Below are positions 27,901-37,803 of a DNA stretch of 64,000 nt, piece after piece. The translations under genes and the position numbers were made by a program. The stretch comes from Eledone cirrhosa. Its lineage: Eukaryota. Each line of letters starts with the position of its first letter. Position 1 is the stretch's first letter. Location: NCBI GenBank assembly GCA_964016885.1, contig OZ024765.1, forward strand, positions 7,316,001 through 7,380,000, read 5' to 3'. The notes beneath the pieces were generated by a model. That model saw only the letters and a program-made list of their open reading frames with translations. It was not told where the DNA came from and ran no database searches.

Positions 27901-28044
27901 GACCATACTGATGGTAGAGCGAAGCTTATTTAATGAGGTGTAATTAATACACACACAACTTTTGTTGGCTGCTTTTGTAAGAGTTGCTTGACTTGCCAAT
28001 CCCAGTAGAAGCAACAGTAATGGTGCGATAACCTCTTTCCTCAT
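6822..28044 (-). CDS. PGRP: Peptidoglycan recognition protein (Zn-dependent N-acetylmuramoyl-L-alanine amidase type), secreted; 5 coding exons 28044-27814, 20779-20725, 13214-12999, 11751-11638, 7027-6822; 822 nt, 273 aa
   Basis: Hand-spliced: all introns GT-AG with matching phases (0,1,1,1). Motifs: signal peptide MRKEVIAPLLLLLLGLASQA; IRSRSQWLAR, FIVHHS, C-x5-C, [62 protein letters not shown]. Zn/catalytic His, Tyr, His, Thr, Cys (T7 lysozyme equivalents) all present. Confidence 0.95.
7935..8780. repeat. 57 bp minisatellite, ~14 copies
   Basis: Unit ctaaccagccaaacccttctattaaccctaggaaacccagagaagaggccttgattg, grading into the 56 bp array. Confidence 0.95.
8781..11628. repeat. 56 bp minisatellite (~50 copies) with interspersed 58 bp variants
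   Basis: Unit ttaactccagaaatccaggtatgagaccctgactgctgaccaactctgcccttctg; ends a few bp from the PGRP exon 4 donor. Confidence 0.97.
11638..11751 (-). CDS. PGRP: PGRP coding exon 4 ([38 protein letters not shown])
   Basis: ttttccag acceptor, gtaagt donor, phase 1/1; canonical PGRP core. Confidence 0.95.
11787..12905. repeat. (GGT)n-based low-complexity array filling most of a PGRP intron
   Basis: Direct reading. Confidence 0.95.
12999..13214 (-). CDS. PGRP: PGRP coding exon 3 (LEENDNHLRYESSCPAIRSRSQW...IQNYHMDKK)
   Basis: cttgcag acceptor, gtaagt donor, phase 1/1; start of amidase domain. Confidence 0.95.
13301..13338 (+). ncRNA. Minimal type I hammerhead ribozyme motif (Penelope-associated)
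   Basis: gtttt-CTGATGA-aa-gac-tagc-gtc-c-GAAA-cg-TT-aagac: stem I gtttt/aagac, stem II gac/gtc, palindromic stem III AACGTT. Confidence 0.55.
13477..19962. repeat. 13 bp satellite (tttacattactctata register), ~500 copies, 6.5 kb
   Basis: Highly homogeneous unit with ctc/ctg/ctt and cat/cgt variants. Confidence 0.99.
19950..20157 (+). mobile_element. piggyBac-like MITE body continuing directly from the 13 bp satellite
   Basis: tactattgtattttcatggtaaa...ggtttaaatgctaaagggTTAA, same family as 4698-4873, 41309-42592 and 47325-47519. Confidence 0.8.
20725..20779 (-). CDS. PGRP: PGRP coding exon 2, 55 nt (ETALISTAVLKFDKCSRK)
   Basis: Polypyrimidine tract plus tttag acceptor and gtaagt donor; phase 0 in, phase 1 out, exactly bridging the neighbouring exons. 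Not in the ORF track. Confidence 0.85.
21005..21590 (+). mobile_element. Two tandem copies of a non-LTR retrotransposon 3' end (C-terminal CCHC-like motif)
   Basis: CDCGIGPQTTQHFLICPLL...LWWNHI* at 21390-21550, near-identical copy at 21010-21200. Confidence 0.7.
21690..23278 (-). mobile_element. Cluster of tRNA-derived SINE copies, with an R4/Dong-type LINE 3' fragment at ~22088-22335 (+)
   Basis: SINE consensus in reverse; LINE fragment HEIKVVPIVIGALGTISKSFQG flanked by (TAA)n. Confidence 0.8.
23279..24622. mobile_element. hAT (Charlie-like) non-autonomous element inserted in a SINE
   Basis: TIRs caaaggttctcaac / gttgagaacctgtg; 8 bp target duplication CTGTAAAG at 23271-23278 and 24623-24630. 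Confidence 0.85.
23635..24483. repeat. 40 bp minisatellite, ~21 copies, inside the hAT element
   Basis: Unit tctaggaccacatacaacacataatcaggtaatacacaca. Confidence 0.97.
24840..26482. repeat. (ACC/ACT)n compound trinucleotide array with higher-order blocks
   Basis: Direct reading. Confidence 0.97.
26910..27560 (-). repeat. RTE LINE fragment with a 121-123 bp segment amplified ~4 times
   Basis: Units start at about 26911, 27032, 27155, 27276, 27397; same family as 620-1055. Confidence 0.85.
27814..28044 (-). CDS. PGRP: PGRP first coding exon: signal peptide plus Cys-containing N-terminal module
   Basis: ATG at 28044, hydrophobic leader, gtgagt donor after 77 codons; an acceptor (ctttaaattcag) just upstream of 28065 implies a further 5' UTR exon. 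Confidence 0.85.
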
Positions 28045-28137
28045 ATTGACAGAGTCTAGATGTATCTGAATTTAAAGAGAAAGAAGACAGGTGTGGCAAT
28101 CAGTGTTGTTAACACTTTAATCCCACAGACAGTACAC

Positions 28138-29267
28138 ATTACATCACAGTCATTACACACAGACATTACACATGACACACAGGCATTACACATCACACAC
28201 AGGCATTACACATGACACACCAACATTAGACATCACACACAGGCATTACACATCACACACAAGCATTACACATCACACACCAACATTACACATCACACAC
28301 AAGCATTACACATCACACACAGGCATTACACATGACACACCAACATTACACATCACACACAGGCATTACACATCACACACAGGCATTACACATGACACAC
28401 CAACATTACACATCACACACAGGCATTACACATCACACACAAGCATTACACATCACACACAGGCATTACACATCACACACAGGCATTACACATCACACAC
28501 AAGCATTACACATCACACACAGGCATTACACATGACACACCAACATTACACATCACACACAGGCATTACACATCACACACAAGCATTACACATCACACAC
28601 AGGCATTACACATCACACACAAGCATTACACATCACACACAGGCATTACACATCACACACAAGCATTACACATCACACACAGGCATTACACATGACACAC
28701 CAACATTACACATCACACACAGGCATTACACATGACACACCAACATTACACATCACACACAGGCATTACACATCACACACAGGCATTACACATCACACAC
28801 AGGCATTACACATGACACACCAACATTACACATCACACACAGGCATTACACATCACACACAGGCATTACACATCACACACAGGCATTACACATCACACAC
28901 AGGCATTACACATCACACACAGGCATTACACATCACACACAAGCATTACACATCACACACCAACATTACACATCACACACGGGCATTACACATCACACAC
29001 AGGCATTACACATCACACACAAGCATTACACATCACACACAGGCATTACACATCACACATAGGCATTACACATCACACACCAACATTATACATCACACAC
29101 CAACATTACACATCACACACAGATATTACACATCACACACAAGCATTACACATCACACACAGGCATTACACATCACACACAGGCATTACACATCACACAC
29201 CAACATTACACATCACACACCAACATTACACATCACACACCAACATTACACATCACACACAGGCATT
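28138..29267. repeat. 20 bp minisatellite, ~56 copies
   Basis: Unit aggcattacacatcacacac with caac/aagc/atga variants. Confidence 0.97.
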
Positions 29268-29321
29268 CGAAAATGAAAATAAATTTACTTTCATTATTGT
29301 GACCGCTAAAAGTAAGGAACG

Positions 29322-29423
<102 letters not shown>

Positions 29424-29611
29424 TATATATAGTTATGTAATAAACAACATAATTGTCTTATGTTGTTTATTACATAACTAAATAGCTCTGTAGCTTACAT
29501 AGAGCACTCTCCTTTCCTTTACCCTTCCTATGGAAACACTTTATATATATATATATATATATAGTTATGTAATAAACAACATAAGGCAAATATTTCCGAC
29601 GGAATTACTTC

Positions 29612-29685
<74 letters not shown>

Positions 29686-29719
29686 TGATAGATAAATAGA
29701 TAGCTGTAAAAATGATTAC

Positions 29720-29800
29720 CTTTGTGAAGTGAATGCCTATAAGTTGCTAGGAATATAATGGATGTTCAATAATAACTCTTGCTGGTGTTGTGAGACGTCT
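29720..29800 (-). other. Candidate non-coding first exon of PGRP (second copy with donor near 33855)
   Basis: Minus-strand donor aag|gtaatc at 29720 in non-repeat sequence upstream of the 28065 acceptor; 5' boundary is a guess. Confidence 0.4.
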
Positions 29801-29846
29801 TATCTGGTTTTACTTAAACATACAAACAGGATATGTTTTGTTGGAA

Positions 29847-32549
29847 TCTATATATATATAAGGAAGTCTGTCTGAGTGTGTGTCTGTCTGTCTGTCCGTA
29901 TACAAATACTAGGCTACTTTTAACTTTTGAAGTACTAGGCCGATTTCAACCAAATTTGGCACACATGTTGCTTATATGCCAGAGCAGGTTTTGGACCAAA
30001 AATAAATTTTAAAAGTAATCGATATTGGGGCCGAAAAATCGATTTTGTATGTGTATCTGTCTGTGTACAAATACTAGGCTACTTTTAACTTTTGAAGTAC
30101 TCGGCCGATTTCAACCAAATTTGGCACACATGTTGCTTATATGCCAGAGCAGGTTTTGGACCAAAAATAAATTTTAAAAGTAATCGATATTGGGGCCGAA
30201 AAATCGATTTTGTATGTGTATCTGTCTGTGTACAAATACTAGGCTACTTTTAACTTTTGAAGTACTAGGCCGATTTCAACCAAATTTGGCACACATGTTG
30301 CTTATATGCCAGAGCAGGTTTTGGACCAAAAATAAATTTTAAAAGTAATCGATATTGGGGCCGAAAAATCGATTTTGTATGTGTATCTGTCTGTGTACAA
30401 ATACTAGGCTACTTTTAACTTTTGAAGTACTCGGCCGATTTCAACCAAATTTGGCACACATGTTGCTTATATGCCAGAGCAGGTTTTGGACCAAAAATAA
30501 ATTTTAAAAGTAATCGATATTGGGGCCGAAAAATCGATTTTGTATGTGTATCTGTCTGTGTACAAATACTAGGCTCCTTTTAACTTTTGAAGCGCTAGGC
30601 CGATTTGCTTCAAGGAATGATATTTCTATCGTCAGTGGAGGGTCAACGTGATAGTGGCAGCGCCATTTACGCATAGGGTTTAGTCTACTGAAGGACATAC
30701 GGTGCGTCTATTCCATCTTTATCCCCTTACTCATACCTACTACAGCAAGGCCGGACCTGAAATCATTCACGTCAATTAACTCAAGCTACCTCATGAATTC
30801 TTTTTATGCTGCCATTTATTTCACTCAATCATAATAATAATAATAATAATAATGAAATTATTGTGTAAAGTGCTCAGGTGCACTACAACTCGTCAAAGGT
30901 GTATGTATAGTACATAGAATAATACACAAATGTCAGGGAAGTACATGTGTGTATGTGTTAGCTGTAGTGTTGGCGGCTCTCGGGAAGCATGGAGGCCTTA
31001 AAGGATGCAGTGTCTCGACAGCTAACAACCGATGCAGGTAGTTGTTCCATGGAGGCCTTAAAGGATGCAGTGTCTCGACAGCTAACAACTGATGCAGGTA
31101 GTTTGTTCCATGGAGGCCTTAAAGGATGCAGTGTCTCGACAGCTAACAACCGATGCAGGTAGTTTGTTCCATGGAGGCCTTAAAGGATGCAGTGTCTCGA
31201 CAGCTAACAACTGATGCAGGTAGTTTGTTCCATGGAGGCCTTAAAGGATGCAGTGTCTCGACAGCTAACAACCGATGCAGGTAGTTTGTTCCATGGAGGC
31301 CTTAAAGGATGCAGTGTCTCGACAGCTAACAACCGATGCAGGTAGTTTGTTCCATGGAGGCCTTAAAGGATGCAGTGTCTCGACAGCTAACAACTGATGC
31401 AGGTAGTTTGTTCCATGGAGGCCTTAAAGGATGCAGTGTCTCGACAGCTAACAACTGATGCAGGTAGTTTGTTCCATGGAGGCCTTAAAGGATGCAGTGT
31501 CTCGACAGCTAACAACCGATGCAGGTAGTTTGTTCCATGGAGGCCTTAAAGGATGCAGTGTCTCGACAGCTAACAACTGATGCAGGTAGTTTGTTCCATG
31601 GAGGCCTTAAAGGATGCAGTGTCTCGACAGCTAACAACTGATGCAGGTAGTTTGTTCCATGCTTCAGCAACTCTGAGCATGAAAAAATGTTTCCGAAAGT
31701 CATGGGAACTGTGCTGTTTTCTTACTTTGTGGGCATGTCCACGTGTGTTAGACACATGGAAATCAAAAAGGTACTCAGGGTTGTTGTTGGCAACATGGTT
31801 AACAATTTTGTGGGTGTTTACCAAGTCAGTTGCCAGACGTCGGAGCTTCAATGTATCCATGCCCAGGGAAGCAAGGCGCTCAGAGTATGGTAGATGCCTG
31901 ATGGAGGGTATTCGCTTGGTTGCACGTCTCTGAACAGTTTCCAAGCGGTCAATGTTCTGAGCAAGATAGGGGTTCCAGACTGGTGATGCAAATTCTAAGT
32001 GTGGTCGCACCATAGCCATGTACAGCCTTAAATAGATATCTGGAGAGCGGCTGACAAAGGTCTTGCTGACTGATGCTAAGACACTCTCGGCCCTCTTGAC
32101 AATTTTAGAGACGTGCTTCGTCCAACGCAAATCGCTGCTGACCGTAATGCCCAGGTCACGTTCACAAGAAGACTTCTTGATATTAGTGCTGTGGAGGGAG
32201 TATGTGGACGCTGGGTTTTTACTCCCAAAATGCATGGTGGTGCACTTGTCCTCAGCTAGCTTGAGTTGCCAGTCTGAGATCCATTGTTGCATTGTGTCCA
32301 GGTCAGACTGCAAGCAAGATCTATAGTGTTCAGGATCTGTCCTTTTTATCTCAAGGTACAGCTTGATGTCGTCTGCGTACTTTAGTACTGTGGCATTCTT
32401 TAAGTTAGCATCTATCATGTCACTGTACACCCATTTGTTAAACTTTTTTTTACAATTATATTTCAATTCTTTTCTCAACCTTTGGCTCTATTTATAAGGA
32501 CAAACATGCTGTCATTCATTTCCCAAGCAACGCTGGGTACATCTGCTAG
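29847..32549 (+). mobile_element. Non-autonomous Helitron with an internal 165 bp array (29901-30600) and a nested CR1
   Basis: A|TC 5' end with (TA)n and GTCT repeats; 3' hairpin cccaagcaacgctggg then CTAG|T. Confidence 0.75.
30831..32420 (-). mobile_element. 5'-truncated CR1-clade LINE (RT from YADD to 3' end, (TTA)n tail) with eleven 61 bp repeats
   Basis: YADDIKLY, ERDLGITV, VRPHLEFASPVWNP, LETVQRRATK, TRGH; open frame to the array. Confidence 0.92.
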
Positions 32550-33520
32550 TGTTCTATAAATACACAATGGCCAGTCTATGTTGTTAATCTATTGCGTGTA
32601 TTTGTCTGGTGTAAACATGCACACACAAGCATATGTGCGGTGTGGACACACACACAAACACTTGTGGTGTATAATAATTATTTCTACGTTTGGCACAAGA
32701 CCAGCAATTACCCAGTGCATTACTGGTACTTTATTTTATTGACCCCGTAAGGATGAAAGGCAAAGTTAACCTAGCCTGGATTTGAACTCAGGGTGGCAAG
32801 GGCCGTAACTCTATACGTCAAAGCATGGCGTTCGACCTCTACCGATACTGCCAATCCACCCTGTGGTGTATAATAATAATAATTGTTTCTATTTTTGGCA
32901 CAAGGCCAGCAATTCACCAGTACATTACTGGTACTTTATTTTATCGACACCATAAGGCTGAAAGGCAAAGTTAACCTCGGCCGAGTTTTGAACTGAGATC
33001 ATAAAGGGACGTAACTATACTGGAAAGCATGTCCGATCCTCCACCGATTCTGCCAATTTCAGTATCGGTAATAATAATAATTGTTATTATTTTTTGCACA
33101 AGGCCAGCAATTACCCTGTTATATTAAAGCCCCCAAAAGTATGCCCAATGATACGACAGGCCAGGACATAGTATGAGAGCACTTTCTGGTGTGTGGGAGA
33201 CCACACTCTGGCCGTCTCAGTGGAGAACAGAATAGAGAAAACTTTTACCAAAAGGATAGCCAGGGAGACATGTTGAAATATCTATTCCAACTTGTTGAGG
33301 ATAGCCAATTCTCTTCTGCTTCCAAATAATTTCCTCGTCTCACAAAACCCTTGATATTCTTTACTTTGGCTAAAATCAAGTGAGTGTGAGATATTTTAAT
33401 TGTTAATTAATATTATTTTTCATCCTTCCGGGGTCGATAAAATAAAGTACCAGTAATGCACTGGGTGATTGCTGAAAATAAATTTACTTTCATTATTGCG
33501 ACCGCTAAAAGTAAGGAACG

Positions 33521-33566
<46 letters not shown>

Positions 33567-33680
33567 TATATATAGTTATGTAATAAACAACATAATTGTC
33601 TTATGTTGTTTATTACATAACTAAATAGCCCTGTAGCTTACATAGAGCACTCTCCTTTCCTTTACCCTTCCTATGGAAAC

Positions 33681-33724
<44 letters not shown>

Positions 33725-33768
33725 TGTAATAAACAACATAAGGCAAATATTTCCGACGGAATTACTTC

Positions 33769-33820
<52 letters not shown>

Positions 33821-33981
33821 TGATAGATAAATAGATAGCTGTAAAAATGATTACCTTTGTGAAGTGAATGCCTATAAGTTGCTAGGAATATAATGGATGT
33901 TCAATAATAACTCTTACTGGTGTTGTGAGACGTCTTATCTGGTTTTACTTAAACATACAAACAGGATATGTTTTGTTGGAA

Positions 33982-34469
33982 TCTATATATATATAAGGAA
34001 GTCTGTCTGAGTATGTGTCTGTCTGTCTGTCCGTATACAAATACTAGGCTACTTTTAACTTTTGAAGTACTCGGCCGATTTCAACCAAGTTTGGCACACA
34101 TGTTGCTTATATGCCAGAGCAGGTTTTGGACAAAAATAAATTTTAAAAGAAATCGATATTGGGGCCGAAAAATCGATTTTGTATGTGTATCTGTCTGTGT
34201 ACAAATACTAGGCTCCTTTTAACTTTTGAAGTACTACGCCGATTTGCTTCAAGGAATGATATATCTATCGTCAGTGGAGGGTCAACGTGATAGTGGCAGC
34301 GCCATTTACGCATAGGGTTTAGTCTACTGAAGGACATACGGTGCGTCTATTCCATCTTTATCCCCTTACTCATACCTACTACAGCAAGGCCGGACCTGAA
34401 ATCATTCACGTCAATTAACTCAAGCTACCCCATGAATTCTTTTTATGCTGCCGTTTATTTCACTCAATC

Positions 34470-34500
<31 letters not shown>

Positions 34501-35951
34501 AATTATTGTGTAAAGTGCTCAGGTGCACTACAACTCGTCAAAGGTGTATGTATAGTACATAGAATAATACACAAATGTCAGGGAAGTACATGTGTGTATG
34601 TGTTAGCTGTAGTGTTGGCGGCTCTCGGGAAGCATGGAGGCCTTAAAGGATGCAGTGTCTCGACAGCTAACAACCGATGCAGGTAGTTTGTTCCATGGAG
34701 GCCTTAAAGGATGCAGTGTCTCGACAGCTAACAACTGATGCAGGTAGTTTGTTCCATGGAGGCCTTAAAGGATGCAGTGTCTCGACAGCTAACAACCGAT
34801 GCAGGTAGTTTGTTCCATGGAGGCCTTAAAGGATGCAGTGTCTCGACAGCTAACAACTGATGCAGGTAGTTTGTTCCATGGAGGCCTTAAAGGATGCAGT
34901 GTCTCGACAGCTAACAACCGATGCAGGTAGTTTGTTCCATGGAGGCCTTAAAGGATGCAGTGTCTCGACAGCTAACAACTGATGCAGGTAGTTTGTTCCA
35001 TGGAGGCCTTAAAGGATGCAGTGTCTCGACAGCTAACAACTGATGCAGGTAGTTTGTTCCATGCTTCAGCAACTCTGAGCATGAAAAAATGTTTCCGAAA
35101 GTCATGGGAACTGTGCTGTTTTCTTACTTTGTGGGCATGTCCACGTGTGTTAGACACATGGAAATCAAAAAGGTACTCAGGGTTGTTGTTGGCAACATGG
35201 TTAACAATTTTGTGGGTGTTTACCAAGTCAGTTGCCAGGCGTCGGAGCTTCAATGTATCCATGCCCAGGGAAGCAAGGCGCTCAGAGTATGGTAGATGCC
35301 TGATGGAGGGTATTCGCTTGGTTGCACGTCTCTGAACAGTTTCCAAGCGGTCAATGTTCTGAGCAAGATAGGGGTTCCAGACTGGTGATGCAAATTCTAA
35401 GTGTGGTCGCACCATAGCCATGTACAGCCTTAAATAGATATCTGGAGAGCGGCTGACAAAGGTCTTGCTGACTGATGCTAAGACACTCTCGGCCCTCTTG
35501 ACAATTTTAGAGACGTGCTTCGTCCAACGCAAATCGCTGCTGACCGTAATGCCCAGGTCACGTTCACAAGAAGACTTCTTGATATTAGTGCTGTGGAGGG
35601 AGTATGTGGACGCTGGGTTTTTACTCCCAAAATGCATGGTGGTGCACTTGTCCACAGCTAGCTTGAGTTGCCAGTCTGAGATCCATTGTTGCATTGTGTC
35701 CAGGTCAGACTGCAAGCAAGATCTATAGTGTTCAGGATCTGTCCTTTTTATCTCAAGGTACAGCTTGATGTCGTCTGCGTACTTTAGTACTGTGGCATTC
35801 TTTAAGTTGGCATCTATCATGTCACTGTACACCCATTTGTTAAACTTTTTTTTACAATTACATTTCAATTCTTTTCTCAACCTTTGGCTCTATTTATAAG
35901 GACAAACATGCTGTCATTCATTTCCCGAGCAACGCTGGGTACATCTGCTAG
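33982..35951 (+). mobile_element. Duplicate Helitron (copy B)
   Basis: Same termini; hairpin cccgagcaacgctggg plus CTAG|T; only ~1.3 copies of the 165 bp unit. Confidence 0.75.
34470..35822 (-). mobile_element. Duplicate CR1 fragment (copy B) with seven 61 bp repeats
   Basis: 302 aa ORF differing from copy A at two residues. Confidence 0.92.
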
Positions 35952-37364
35952 TGTTCTATAAATACACAATGGCCAGTCTATGTTGTTAATCTATTGCGTG
36001 TATTTGTCTGGTGTAAACATGCACACACAAGCATATGTGCAGTGTGGACACACACACAAACACTTGTGGTGTATAATAATTATTTCTACGTTTGGCACAA
36101 GACCAGCAATTACCCAGTGCATTACTGGTACTTTATTTTATTGACCCCGTAAGGATGAAAGGCAAAGTTAACCTAGCCTGGATTTGAACTCAGGATGGCA
36201 AGGGCCGTAACTCTATACGTCAAAGCATGGCGTTCGACCTCTACCGATACTGCCAATCCACCCTGTGGTGTATAATAATAATAATTGTTTCTATTTTTGG
36301 CACAAGGCCAGCAATTCACAGTACATTACTGGTACTTTATTTTATCGACACCATAAGGCTGAAAGGCAAAGTTAACCTCGGCCGAGTTTTGAACTGAGAT
36401 CATAAAGGGACGTAACTATACTGGAAAGCATGTCCGATCCTCCACCGATTCTGCCAATTCAGTATCGGTAATAATAATAATTGTTATTATTTTTTGCACA
36501 AGGCCAGCAATTACCCTGTTATATTAAAGCCCCCAAAAGTATGCCCAATGATACGACAGGCCAGGACATAGTATGAGAGCACTTTCTGGTGTGTGGGAGA
36601 CCACACTCTGGCCGTCTCAGTGGAGAACAGAATAGAGAAAACTTTTACCAAAAGGATAGCCAGGGAGACATGTTGAAATATCTATTCCAACTTGTTGAGG
36701 ATAGCCAATTCTCTTCTGCTTCCAAATAATTTCCTCGTCTCACAAAACCCTCGATATTCTTTACTTTGGCTAAAATCAAGTGAGTGTGAGATATTTTAAT
36801 TGTTAATTAATATTATTTTTCATCCTTCCGGGGTCGATAAAATAAAGTACCAGTAATGCATTGGGTGATTGCTGGTCTTGTGCCAAAAGTAGAAACAATT
36901 ATTTTATTCTTTAATAAGGGCGGTGGATTGGCAGTATCGGTAGAGGGTCGGATGCCATGCTTTGACGTATAGATTACGGCCCTTGCCATTCTGAGTTCAA
37001 ATCCCGCCGAGGTTAACTTTGCCTTTCATCCTTACGGGGTCGATAAAATAAAGTACCAGTAATGCTCTGGATAATTGCTGGCCTTGTGCAAAATGTAGAA
37101 ACAATTATTTTATTCTTTAATAAAGTAAAATAAAGTGCCAGTAATACACTGGAATAATTGCTGGCCTTGTGCCAAAAAGTAGAAACAATTATTTTATTCT
37201 TTAATATTTTAATTTGATTTAAATACAATTTAATTAGTTGCATGCTTCGGTGTGTGTGTGTAAGAAAGCACAATGTCGTTTATCAGGATTTACCTCCCTT
37301 GGATCACATTTCACACAGATTGCAAATCAGCTGGCGTTTAAAGTGTGTGTGTTTGTTTGTTTGT

Positions 37365-37453
37365 ATACACACACACATATATATATATATATATGCGTGT
37401 GTTTGTGTATAAACACACACACACACATATATATAATATATATATATACATTT

Positions 37454-37525
<72 letters not shown>

Positions 37526-37670
37526 TACATATATATATATATACATATATATAAATATATATATACACACACCACACATGTACATATATGTATCTATACA
37601 CAAACACACACACATATCCCCTCCACCCCCACACACGTCTGTATACACACACACACACATACATACACAA
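37365..37670. repeat. (TA)n/(CA)n microsatellite block
   Basis: Direct reading. Confidence 0.9.
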
Positions 37671-37689
37671 CTTTAACGTGTGCTCTCTG

Positions 37690-37713
37690 CAAGATGGCTG
37701 CCTGCCTAGCAAC
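37690..37713 (+). promoter_or_regulatory. Candidate DNHD1 core promoter: YY1-like CAAGATGGC plus RFX X-box-like GCCTGCCTAGCAAC
   Basis: Both motifs lie ~75-100 bp upstream of the predicted ATG; RFX sites are typical of ciliary genes. Motif match only. Confidence 0.5.
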
Positions 37714-37787
37714 ACAGAAACACGTTATGAAGCATTAACTTAAAACTAATATGTATCTTTAAACTCGATTTTTACATTCAGAAAACC

Positions 37788-37803
37788 ATGTCTGTACCAT
37801 TAC
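37788..37803 (+). CDS. DNHD1: DNHD1-like first coding exon (MSVPL)
   Basis: aaccATG context, gtgagt donor, phase 1 matching the next exon. Confidence 0.6.

Noticed and set aside
28172-29276. His/Thr-rich ORFs
   Set aside because: Translation of the 20 bp minisatellite.
37694-37738. ATG within the YY1 motif as DNHD1 start
   Set aside because: Stops after 14 codons; at most a uORF. The ATG at 37788 fits the exon phase.
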